NCBI RefSeq assembly: GCF_005871205.1
Contig: NZ_SWKM01000014.1
Coordinates: 1-40,000 of the forward strand
DNA: 40,000 nt
Direction of reading: 5' to 3'
DNA from: Marinobacter alexandrii
GTDB lineage: Bacteria; Pseudomonadota; Gammaproteobacteria; Pseudomonadales; Oleiphilaceae
The first letter of the stretch is position 1. Each line of letters begins with the position of its first letter. The position numbers and the translations under genes were made by a program. Below the pieces are notes generated by a model. The model was not told where the DNA came from and searched no databases. It was given only the letters and a program-made list of their open reading frames with translations. Below, piece after piece: positions 7,399 through 15,182 of the stretch.

Positions 7399-8349
7399 AT
7401 GCAGGAAAAACCGAATTATTTTGTTCGTGCAATGATCGTTGCATTTGTTTTGGCGCTTTTCATAATGGCTTTTTTGAGCTTTTATTTGGGCAACCCGAGG
7501 TACCAGATAACTGCAGGGGTTATTACAGTTCTGGGTTTTATTGTTATCTTGGTTTTGTCGGAGTCTTTTAACAACCTAAGTATTGGGAAAGTCTTGTCTC
7601 TGAGTCGAAAGGTTGAGGAAAAAGAAAAAGAGAAGAATCAGGTAAAAGCGGAAAATGGTGAGCTCAGGCAAGAGCTCTTCAAAATTGTATCCAATATCCA
7701 GCAATCTCAAGTAAATAATACCTATAACGCTCCATCAGATGAGTGGCTAAAGCTCCTTGGGGTGGTCAAGGCAAAAGACTCTGAGAAAGAAGAAGAACAA
7801 GAAGAGCAAAAAGAAGCCCAAAGAGCAATGGCGTATGTGGCTGAAAGAGAGAAGGCACGGGAGGAATCGCGTGCTCGAATGAAATTGCGACGTGCTGCTG
7901 AGAATATTGGTATTCAAAAGTATGCTGAGACCTTCAATGTTCCGCAGTCCGAAATAATGCAAGGTGCCGAATTTTCACAAGCCTTCGATGAAATTGACCC
8001 TATTATGAATAGGCGAATAATATTTGATGGCTATTATAAAGATCCAAGCCAAGAGCGTTTCATTGAAGTAAGATCTAAAGGCTCTGTGTCACCTATTTTT
8101 TATGATCGCTTGTACGTAATGCTAAACAAAATTCATCTCTATAGGCGAGCTAAGGCTATATATGCTGAGCTAGTTCTTGTATTGCTTGATATAGAAGGGG
8201 AAGATACGGATAGGCCGTGGGGTAACGACCGATTTATTGATTACTTCCAGTCTGCTATTTCCAATAAGCTACTAAAAATTGAAACAATAAAAGTATCGAA
8301 GGAAGAGCTTTCAAATTATGAAGAAAATGGGCAGCAAAGCCTGCTATAA
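7399..8349 (+). CDS. 2-TM, coiled-coil protein with a C-terminal globular domain (316 aa), function unknown
   Basis: AAGGA lies 5-6 nt upstream. Two N-terminal hydrophobic helices, a Lys/Glu-rich coiled-coil middle, and a C-terminal segment IIFDGYYKD...FIEVRSKG. Confidence 0.65.
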   Translation: MQEKPNYFVRAMIVAFVLALFIMAFLSFYLGNPRYQITAGVITVLGFIVILVLSESFNNLSIGKVLSLSRKVEEKEKEKNQVKAENGELRQELFKIVSNIQQSQVNNTYNAPSDEWLKLLGVVKAKDSEKEEEQEEQKEAQRAMAYVAEREKAREESRARMKLRRAAENIGIQKYAETFNVPQSEIMQGAEFSQAFDEIDPIMNRRIIFDGYYKDPSQERFIEVRSKGSVSPIFYDRLYVMLNKIHLYRRAKAIYAELVLVLLDIEGEDTDRPWGNDRFIDYFQSAISNKLLKIETIKVSKEELSNYEENGQQSLL

Positions 8350-8420
8350 CCAAGGGCTGCAGCGGACCGATTTTCCGGCGTGGTGCGCCTCCAAATCGGC
8401 CGCTGAGCCCAGGCGTTAGG
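8345..8420 (+). other. attC recombination site (unique type)
   Basis: TATAACCAAGGGCTGCAGCGGACCGATTT...AAATCGGCCGCTGAGCCCAGGCGTTAGG. Confidence 0.75.
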
Positions 8421-8450
8421 CCTATAGGCCGAAAAGGTTGAGTTGAATTT

Positions 8451-9557
8451 ATGGCCTCAAATAAAAATCAGCATTTCGTGCCGAGGTGCTACCTCCGGGA
8501 GTTCACTCATGACTCTGAAAACAAGGCCATAAATTTATTTAACATAGATAACAAGAAGTTCATTTCAAACGCACCAGTAAAGAGCCAGTGCTCCAAGGAC
8601 TATTTTTACGGTCAGGATGAAAAGCTAGAGGCGGCTATTCAATTTTTGGAGGGCTCTTATGCCACTATATTGAGGGAAATCCTCGAGGGTCCCAGAGAAC
8701 TTAGTGACGACCAAAAAATTGTGATTAGACGTTTCTGGCTATTCCAATATTTGAGGACTGAAGCGGCATCGAAGCGATCAGTCGAAATGTCTAATGACTT
8801 TACTAAAACAGCAGGTGTAAGTCCTGAGGAGTTTAAATTTGAGATAAAAGAGGCTGTACAAACGGCGATGCACACCTTCGCTGAAAATATGGACATCGTA
8901 GACGATTTAAAGATTTGCTTTATTTTAAACAAGACAAAGGTTCCATTTTTAACTTCCGACAATCCTGCGATTTTAACTAATAGATGGCACTTAAATGACG
9001 CGAGAACAAAATTTAAGTCGTTTGGGCTGAACGCTTGTGGCGCCATGCTTTTTCTACCACTTACTCCAGAAATTATGTGTGTAGGTTATGATGGTGATGT
9101 ATATAGTATTCCACAGAAAAATGGCTGGGCTTCCATCTCCAAAGAGAGCGATGTTAAGGCATTTAATCAACATCAATTTTTGGAATGTAGGGCAAACATT
9201 TTCTTCAAGAATTCAGAAGACTGTAGCTTTGTAGAGGAGTCTTTTGGAGGTGTGATCGACAATCGACCATCTGAAAGGCACCGTATTCACTACGCCGTTT
9301 TTGACTATACTGATGGACAGCACTCGCGCTATAAAGTTGTAGACTCTAGCGAAGCAGGTGAGCATGAGCGAGCTATTGTTCACAGTGAAACAGTGCATTC
9401 AAGGCCATTGTCATGGCCTAGTGTCATTCGATGGAGAAATAGTGGAACTGTTTACACGAACGATACTGGGCTCGGCTACGTTCGGAAAGGACAAATTCTT
9501 CCTGAATACGAAGGGTTCTATAAAGAGCCGGTAAAATTAAGAAAATCGCGGGCCTGA
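8451..9557 (+). CDS. DUF4238 domain protein (368 aa)
   Basis: The N-terminus NQHFVPRCYLREF matches the H-x-V-P-x-x-Y-L-x-x-F signature I associate with DUF4238. TGA stop in the R'' position. Confidence 0.75.
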   Translation: MASNKNQHFVPRCYLREFTHDSENKAINLFNIDNKKFISNAPVKSQCSKDYFYGQDEKLEAAIQFLEGSYATILREILEGPRELSDDQKIVIRRFWLFQYLRTEAASKRSVEMSNDFTKTAGVSPEEFKFEIKEAVQTAMHTFAENMDIVDDLKICFILNKTKVPFLTSDNPAILTNRWHLNDARTKFKSFGLNACGAMLFLPLTPEIMCVGYDGDVYSIPQKNGWASISKESDVKAFNQHQFLECRANIFFKNSEDCSFVEESFGGVIDNRPSERHRIHYAVFDYTDGQHSRYKVVDSSEAGEHERAIVHSETVHSRPLSWPSVIRWRNSGTVYTNDTGLGYVRKGQILPEYEGFYKEPVKLRKSRA

Positions 9558-9634
9558 CAAGTGCAGGCACGGCGACGCCCATTATATTGCGCCTGTGGCT
9601 CCATTCGATGGGCGCGCATGCTGCAAACGTTAGG
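9553..9634 (+). other. attC recombination site (family A, R'' reads TGAC)
   Basis: CCTGACAAGTGCAGGCACGGCGAC...GCGCATGCTGCAAACGTTAGG. Confidence 0.75.
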
Positions 9635-9647
9635 AGTTACAAGACTC

Positions 9648-10334
9648 GTGAACTTCTTAATCACACCTCCCTCTTCCCATTTTGATGGTGGCATCGGTAT
9701 TACAGCATGCAACTTCAGAAATGCTGCAGAAACCTTGCGGGAGCATGGTTCATCTCTAGATGGTGTGCTACCTCTGTGTTATCTCTATCGCCATGCCGTA
9801 GAGCTTTTTCTAAAATCAGTAACGTTTATTCTCCATAAAAAATACGCGATCGAGTTCGGTAGTGGGTTCTCCCTTGATAAGCCTGGAATAAAAGTTCGCG
9901 ATAAATGGGTAGCTATGGAGAATACCCACAACTTATCGGACCTTTATGCATACTTCGAAGTACTTTTTGATCAATGCGAGACGTTACTGCCTTCAACAAC
10001 GAGGTGGGAACTGCCGGCAGATATAAGGTCAAAAATTGATTTGGTTAGCGGAACTGATCCTAAGAGCACCTTCTTCAGGTACCCAAAGTCTGGAAGCCAA
10101 CAACAAGATAAAAAGAAATCAAAGATTCAAAAAACCGACTTCCAAAAAGCGTTTGATAACCCAGAAAAGCCTGCAAGGCTTGTTGTTATGCTTGATGAGA
10201 ACGACAATTTAATAGAGTCATACGATCTGGATGCTGACACTTTGAGCAAGGTCCAAAGCGCTCTGGCCGACCTTTGCGAGTTTCTCTACGGAGTGCATGC
10301 AGCATTCAGAGGAGAATTGACTAAGGGCTCCTAA
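9648..10334 (+). CDS. HEPN-like domain protein (about 228 aa; start uncertain)
   Basis: GTG 9648 lies 11 nt after AGGAG. The tracked ORF start 9561 is inside the attC. Helix patterns YLYRHAVELFLKSV and NTHNLSDLYAYF resemble the PF05168-type HEPN fold. Confidence 0.5.
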   Translation: MNFLITPPSSHFDGGIGITACNFRNAAETLREHGSSLDGVLPLCYLYRHAVELFLKSVTFILHKKYAIEFGSGFSLDKPGIKVRDKWVAMENTHNLSDLYAYFEVLFDQCETLLPSTTRWELPADIRSKIDLVSGTDPKSTFFRYPKSGSQQQDKKKSKIQKTDFQKAFDNPEKPARLVVMLDENDNLIESYDLDADTLSKVQSALADLCEFLYGVHAAFRGELTKGS

Positions 10335-10433
10335 CCAGTCAATCCAGTTCGTTCCGGCCCTGTAAGGGCCTCCACCGGACGGCCTTTTCTTCGCTTCGCT
10401 ACGCAAAGGCCGCCGCTAATTATCGGCGTTAGG
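10330..10433 (+). other. attC recombination site (family B, long 104 bp)
   Basis: CCTAACCAGTCAATCCAGTTCGTTCCGGCC...CCACCGGACGGCC...GCCGCTAATTATCGGCGTTAGG. Confidence 0.8.
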
Positions 10434-10447
10434 CATTTGGAGGAATT

Positions 10448-10585
10448 TTGAGCAGGCTCTATACCTACATCGTCAAGGTCGATTCAGGATTAGCGCCAAA
10501 TCCATTTAGCGGTCTGTACTCCGAACCACCAAGGAAGCGCTGTGCAACCAGGAGATTGGATCGCTGGATTTTCTCCCAAGAGTGA
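10448..10585 (+). pseudogene. possible displaced N-terminal fragment of the downstream gene (frameshift candidate)
   Basis: TTG lies after GGAGG and opens MSRLYTYIVKVDSGLAPNPFSG..., which reads like the conserved N-terminus of the family encoded by 10542-11063 but in another frame. Confidence 0.35.
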
Positions 10586-11063
10586 TGGCTACCGGTTCAT
10601 CTATGCGATGAAGGTAGATGAGCGCATCCACATGAATGACTATTTCCACGATCCTCGGTTTGAATCCAAGAAGCCAATAATGAGCGGGGGATGGAAAGAA
10701 AGATGCGGCGACAACTTTTATCGGCAAGATGGCCAAGGGGCGTGGCTTCAGCTGGCCAATCCCTTTCATGGGGGAATGCTGGATCAAGACACCCGTGTCC
10801 CATTCGTGTTTGTTGGTGAAGAGTTTTGGTATTTGGGAAGAGCTCGTTCAGACGTACCAAAGGAATTCTTAGCTATGATCGGAGGTCGGGGCGCAAGGGT
10901 AAACCATCCTGCAGGTTTACCGGAAAGCTTTATGTGGTGGGTCCGCAAGAACTTTAAGCCAGGTATCACCGCGGATCCCTTGGATGCAGAGGCCAAGAGT
11001 TGCACGCAATCAGGGGCCGCGCTATCCAGCACTTGCGAGCTGAGTTCATGCAACAATGCCTAA
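10542..11063 (+). CDS. conserved hypothetical, Nmad2-like (family name from memory); possibly N-terminally truncated by a frameshift
   Basis: The GDWIAGFSPKS...FIYAMKV...DPRF...CGDNFY pattern matches that family. GTG start has no RBS. TAA stop in the CTAACC box. Confidence 0.55.
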   Translation: MQPGDWIAGFSPKSDGYRFIYAMKVDERIHMNDYFHDPRFESKKPIMSGGWKERCGDNFYRQDGQGAWLQLANPFHGGMLDQDTRVPFVFVGEEFWYLGRARSDVPKEFLAMIGGRGARVNHPAGLPESFMWWVRKNFKPGITADPLDAEAKSCTQSGAALSSTCELSSCNNA

Positions 11064-11133
11064 CCAACCCATGCACCGGATGCCAAAACCTCCGCTTCGC
11101 TGCGGTTTTGTCACCGGTGATGGCGGGCGTTAG
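11059..11133 (+). other. attC recombination site (unique type)
   Basis: CCTAACCAACCCATGCACCGGATGCCAAAACC...GGTTTTGTCACCGGTGATGGCGGGCGTTAGG. Confidence 0.8.
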
Positions 11134-11139
11134 GCTCGT

Positions 11140-11577
11140 ATGGGACTTGAGAGTATCAGACCAGTTTTCAGTGGGTTGCTCGGCGGTGTAATAGCCATTT
11201 GGGTTGGTAATTACATGGCTCGAAAACTGCCGAGATCTTGGTCGGGCATATCGACCGAGGCTTTGGTGAGAAAGCATAAGGCAGCCATTTATTTGTCTAA
11301 TTCGGCTTTCATCATTGGGATATTCTTTGGGTTGTTTCTCTACATTCAGGGATATTTTGAGAGGAATGATTGGCGAGGAATGGGGATCGGTTTCGGTGTG
11401 AGTTGCCTTGGGCCAACCTTGATACTACTGACTTGGTCGATAATTCGGGGGCATAGAATCACAGAATCGTTTTTTGCCTACGGCGTTGCCCAAAAAATGC
11501 CTCTGTGGCTGCTAATGCCCTTACTCGGTTCGGGAATTGCTGCGCTAATTGCGAGCTTGAACAGTATCTTAGCCTAA
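11140..11577 (+). CDS. integral membrane protein (145 aa)
   Basis: Four predicted hydrophobic helices. ATG lies 5 nt after the AGG of the GTTAGG core. TAA stop in the CCTAAC box. Confidence 0.6.
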   Translation: MGLESIRPVFSGLLGGVIAIWVGNYMARKLPRSWSGISTEALVRKHKAAIYLSNSAFIIGIFFGLFLYIQGYFERNDWRGMGIGFGVSCLGPTLILLTWSIIRGHRITESFFAYGVAQKMPLWLLMPLLGSGIAALIASLNSILA

Positions 11578-11650
11578 CAAATTGTTGTAGTTCGTTCCGG
11601 CCGTTGGACTCCACCGGACGCCCTTTTCAGGGCGCCGCTTAGCTCAGCGT
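11573..11650 (+). other. attC recombination site (family B), R' core split by a group II intron
   Basis: CCTAACAAATTGTTGTAGTTCGTTCCGGCC...GCGCCGCTTAGCTCAGCGT, then the intron. The core is completed by TATG at 13521. Confidence 0.8.
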
Positions 11651-13520
11651 GTGTGCCGGGCATGGCACAGAACTAGGGAGGTGAAAGTCCTCCTGCCAGG
11701 TGTTCGCAGAGCCGAAGGCTAGGAGAAGGGCAAGGGCGTCATCGCGAGGTGGGGTCTCCGGAGCGCCGGCCGGAAGTAAGCCCAATCCAAAGCGGCGGGG
11801 CGACGAACAGGAACCCGATACGAGGTGTGGTACATCCGGGGCGAGCGGGCACGTGACCGCGAAGCCCTCCGTCTGCGACCGGGATGTGCTTTATAAATCG
11901 GGTCGGGCCGCGTTCGGATTCATGCCGTGAAAGCTCTGTGCCTTACCCCGGGAGGTCTGCCGCGTGTGGACGGAGCCACTGAGAGACGAGCGATCGCCTC
12001 TGATCGCGTGGCAGAAATCAGCCGAGGGCATAGTAGGTTCGCCCGTGAACCGAAGGCCCGAACAGAGACAGGAGTCGAGATTCCGTGCAGGGTAACGGGA
12101 TGGCATCCGCAAAGCAGCTAGCGCTGCCCCTGGAGTTTCCAGGGGATGAACCCGTTGCCGGAAAGCGGGAAAACTTGCACTCCGTTCAATCCTCACCGTG
12201 GATGGCGCGTGTATTGAGTAGGGACAACCTCAATCGCGCCCTGAAACAGGTTCGACGTAACAAGGGAGCGCCGGGTATCGACGGTATGACCGTGGATGCA
12301 TTGCCGGATCATCTGCGCCAACACTGGCCCGAGATCCGGCAACAACTGCTCCAGCAGACCTACCGACCGAAACCGGTGCGGCGGGTGACCATCCCCAAAG
12401 CCAACGGCGGTTCCCGCCCCCTGGGCATCCCGACGGTGCTGGATCGCTTCATCCAGCAAGCCATCGCTCAGGTTATCCAGCAGGATTGGGACCCCCGCTT
12501 CCACCCACACAGTTATGGCTTCCGCCCGGGGCGCTCCGCCCATCAGGCGGTCCGGTACGGACAACGTTGCGCCCGGGAAGGCCGTAACTGGGTGGTGGAT
12601 CTGGACCTGGAAGCCTTCTTTGACCGGGTAAATCACGATCGCCTGATGGCCCGGCTGAAACGGCATACGCCGGACAGGCCGCTGCTCAGGTTGATCAACC
12701 GGTACCTGAAGGCAGGTGTACAGATCGATCACCGCAAAGCCCCGACACCAGAAGGCGTACCGCAAGGCGGGCCACTGTCTCCGGTGTTGGCGAATGTGGT
12801 GCTGGACGAACTGGACTGGGAGCTGGAGCGGCGCAACCTTTGTTTCGCCCGCTACGCGGATGATTGTCAGATCTACGTTGGCAGTCACCGGGCAGGTGAG
12901 CGAGTGATGGTGAGTCTGACGCGCTTTATCGAGGACTCGCTGAGGCTCACAGTGAATACACGAAAGAGCGCAGTGGATCGGCCCTGGAAGCGAAGCTTCC
13001 TGGGCTTCACCCTCAGCCGGAAAGGGCAGCGACTGAAAGTGGCTAGCAAAGCTATCACCAAGCTGAAAACCCAGATCCGGATACTGAGCCGCCGAACACG
13101 GGGCCACTCTCTGGCCCAGGTGAACGCAGACCTGAAAGAGACCCTGCTTGGTTGGAAAGCGTACTTCGATGAAGCCGAAGTACTGAGCCCGCTGCGGGAC
13201 CTGGACAAGTGGATACGGCGGAGAATGAGATGTTACGTGTGGAAGCAATGGGGCCGAAGGGGGTATCGTGAGCTGAGAAAGCGGGGTGTCTCAGTCGAGC
13301 TGGCCTGGAACACCGCGAAATCAGCCCATGGACCGTGGCGCCTGAGCCGATCACCGGCGCTGGCGCAGGCACTGCCGGCCCGGGTCTTCCGGAGCTATGG
13401 ATTGCCAAAATTGGCAGTGCGGTAACGGGTTGAACCAAGTCACTGAATCGCCGTGGTACGTGATCCGTATGCCCGGTGATGTGGGAGGAGGGGCATCGTG
13501 AGGTGCCTCCCTATCCCGAT
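11651..13520 (+). mobile_element. Group II intron, class C (attC-targeting type) candidate, 1870 bp
   Basis: 5' end GTGTG and 3' end ...CCCGAT. The terminal hairpin (from about 13483) has a bulged A 7 nt before the 3' end (DVI-like). The internal RT/maturase ORF has YADD and no endonuclease domain. Removing the intron restores GCGT|TATG. Confidence 0.8.
12085..13425 (+). CDS. group II intron reverse transcriptase/maturase (446 aa)
   Basis: RT motifs are present, including FARYADDCQIY. There is a maturase X-like C-terminus and no HNH domain. The start could be ATG 12100. Confidence 0.9.
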   Translation: MQGNGMASAKQLALPLEFPGDEPVAGKRENLHSVQSSPWMARVLSRDNLNRALKQVRRNKGAPGIDGMTVDALPDHLRQHWPEIRQQLLQQTYRPKPVRRVTIPKANGGSRPLGIPTVLDRFIQQAIAQVIQQDWDPRFHPHSYGFRPGRSAHQAVRYGQRCAREGRNWVVDLDLEAFFDRVNHDRLMARLKRHTPDRPLLRLINRYLKAGVQIDHRKAPTPEGVPQGGPLSPVLANVVLDELDWELERRNLCFARYADDCQIYVGSHRAGERVMVSLTRFIEDSLRLTVNTRKSAVDRPWKRSFLGFTLSRKGQRLKVASKAITKLKTQIRILSRRTRGHSLAQVNADLKETLLGWKAYFDEAEVLSPLRDLDKWIRRRMRCYVWKQWGRRGYRELRKRGVSVELAWNTAKSAHGPWRLSRSPALAQALPARVFRSYGLPKLAVR

Positions 13521-13528
13521 TATGTGCT

Positions 13529-13557
13529 TTGACACCTGATACGTTACAGGGTACATT
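13529..13557 (+). promoter_or_regulatory. sigma70-type promoter of the higBA cassette
   Basis: TTGACA (13529-13534), a 17-nt spacer, then TACATT (13552-13557). Only 6 nt separate the -10 from the higB ATG. Confidence 0.55.
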
Positions 13558-13563
13558 CAAGGA

Positions 13564-13842
13564 ATGATTCGAAGCTTCAAACACAAGGGCTTGGCAAAAT
13601 TTTTCAAGTCCGGCAGCACTGCAGGGATTCAGGCCGCTCACGCGAAGAGGCTTCAGCTCATTCTCGGTAGATTGAATGCAGCGGCGAATGCCAAAGATAT
13701 GGACTTACCCGGTCTTCGTTTGCACGAACTCTCTGGCACCCGAGCCGGAATCTGGTCAGTGACAGTCAGTGGTAACTGGCGAGTGACCTTCCGGTTCGAA
13801 GACGGAGATGCCGAGATTGTAAACTACGAGGATTATCACTGA
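13564..13842 (+). CDS. higB: HigB-type toxin (RelE/ParE superfamily, killer protein)
   Basis: [14 protein letters not shown]...[21 protein letters not shown] is typical of HigB. The toxin gene lies upstream of the antitoxin gene. Confidence 0.85.
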   Translation: MIRSFKHKGLAKFFKSGSTAGIQAAHAKRLQLILGRLNAAANAKDMDLPGLRLHELSGTRAGIWSVTVSGNWRVTFRFEDGDAEIVNYEDYH

Positions 13843-13852
13843 GGTACCGCCA

Positions 13853-14140
13853 ATGTTAATGCACAACCCTCCGCATCCGGGTGAAGTACTGCGAGAGCTT
13901 TGTCTTGAGCCCCTTGGTCTCTCTGTCACGGCGGCGGCAGAGGCATTGGGCGTTAGCCGCAAAACGCTGAGTGCCGTGTTGAATGGCAAGGCCGGTATCA
14001 GTCCCGAAATGGCGATCCGGCTCTCTATTGCTTTCGATACTTCAGCAGAAAGCTGGCTGAATCAGCAGTCCCAATATGAACTCTGGCATGCAGAACAACA
14101 TCGCAAAGAGCTCAATGTAAAGAAGCTTGTTGCAGCCTGA
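13853..14140 (+). CDS. higA: HigA-type antitoxin (XRE-family HTH)
   Basis: HPGEVLRE...[37 protein letters not shown] is an HTH motif, 10 nt downstream of higB. Confidence 0.85.
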   Translation: MLMHNPPHPGEVLRELCLEPLGLSVTAAAEALGVSRKTLSAVLNGKAGISPEMAIRLSIAFDTSAESWLNQQSQYELWHAEQHRKELNVKKLVAA

Positions 14141-14145
14141 AGTGG

Positions 14146-14167
14146 CACATAACCAAGCCATGCACCG
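14146..14167 (+). other. attC remnant (R''/L'' half only)
   Basis: CACATAACCAAGCCATGCACCG matches the left arm of the attC at 11059 (CCTAACCAACCCATGCACCG). No right arm or GTT core follows. Confidence 0.5.
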
Positions 14168-14178
14168 AGGAGAATGAA

Positions 14179-14583
14179 GTGCCGATAACCGGCGAGTGTT
14201 TCTGTGGTGAGGTGAGCTACCAAGTCGATGGCAGGCTTCGTGATGCCAGGTCCTGCCACTGCTCCCGCTGCCGTAAAGCCTTCAGCTCCCAGGCTTCAGC
14301 ATATGCATTGGTTGAACCATCTGAGTTCAGTTGGTTGTCCGGCGAGGAGTTGCTTACATCCTATGTGGGCAGCCATGGCTTTGGGCTTCGGTTTTGTAGC
14401 AAATGCGGGTCTACGCTCTGTGGCATTTTTAATGGAGTCATTCATGGTGTGACTTTGGGATGCGTGAACGGCGATCCGGAAATCGAGATTGGCATGCACA
14501 TCTTTGTGGGCTCCAAGGCTACGTGGGAAGTTTTGCCAGACACGGTGACTCAATATCATGAGCAGGGCCCAAACAATGCATAA
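14179..14583 (+). CDS. GFA (glutathione-dependent formaldehyde-activating / CENP-V-like) family protein
   Basis: Cys-rich pattern GECFCGEVSY...CHCSRCRK...CSKCGS. GTG start lies 6 nt after GAGGAG. Confidence 0.8.
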   Translation: MPITGECFCGEVSYQVDGRLRDARSCHCSRCRKAFSSQASAYALVEPSEFSWLSGEELLTSYVGSHGFGLRFCSKCGSTLCGIFNGVIHGVTLGCVNGDPEIEIGMHIFVGSKATWEVLPDTVTQYHEQGPNNA

Positions 14584-14613
14584 CCAGGCGGTCAACCGGA
14601 CGCTGGCGTTAGT
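14578..14613 (+). other. minimal attC-like site (36 bp)
   Basis: GCATAACCAGGCGGTCAACCGGACGCTGGCGTTAGT. CCAG(G)CG pairs with CGCTGG. The left arm equals that of the attC at 592. Confidence 0.55.
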
Positions 14614-14881
14614 GCTGGTCGTAGTGCCCACCGATGGCGAAAACATAAATGGATTTGTCGTCGAATCGGTAGATGAGTCTGTCTTTCTGTGAGATGCGTC
14701 GTGACCACAAGCCTGATAAGTTGTGTTTAAGCGGTTCAGGTTTTCCGATGCCAGTTGATGGTTCATCAGAACAAAGCATCTCTTTCAGTAGCTTGCAGAG
14801 AGCTTTGTGCAGCTTCTTGTCCTTCTCTCGCATCTTCTCATAGGTTTCCCAGGTGCTGCCCTCAAATACCAGTGATCTCAT
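14609..14881 (-). CDS. yoeB: YoeB/Txe-family toxin
   Basis: GKPEPLKHNLSGLWSRRISQKDRLIY matches the YoeB signature. The stop codon overlaps the GTTAG core. Confidence 0.85.
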   Translation of the reverse strand: MRSLVFEGSTWETYEKMREKDKKLHKALCKLLKEMLCSDEPSTGIGKPEPLKHNLSGLWSRRISQKDRLIYRFDDKSIYVFAIGGHYDQH

Positions 14882-15134
14882 TCATCTGCTCATCATTAGG
14901 TGTATATCCTTGGCCACGGCTGTGAGTATCGAGGGAGGCCGCAATTTGCTGCATCAGGTCTCTGCTCTGAAGAACATGCAGGGTTTCTTGTTCCCTTTCC
15001 CAGTCTTCAGCACTAATAATCACGAAAGCCTCTCCAGCGCGGCGTGTCACCTTGAGAGGCTCGTGTCTATTAATCACCTGTTCTACAAGGCTTTTCAGGT
15101 TGTCTCTGAATTTGTTTACACTGATGATATCCAT
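14862..15134 (-). CDS. yefM: YefM/Phd-family antitoxin
   Basis: MDIISVNKFRDNLKSLVEQV...VIISAEDWE is a typical Phd/YefM N-terminus. Overlaps yoeB by 20 nt. The upstream extension of the tracked ORF runs into the attC. Confidence 0.8.
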   Translation of the reverse strand: MDIISVNKFRDNLKSLVEQVINRHEPLKVTRRAGEAFVIISAEDWEREQETLHVLQSRDLMQQIAASLDTHSRGQGYTPNDEQMNEITGI

Positions 15135-15182
15135 AACTCCACCATTACGTACGGAAACACCGTACAACCATATCGCAATAGC

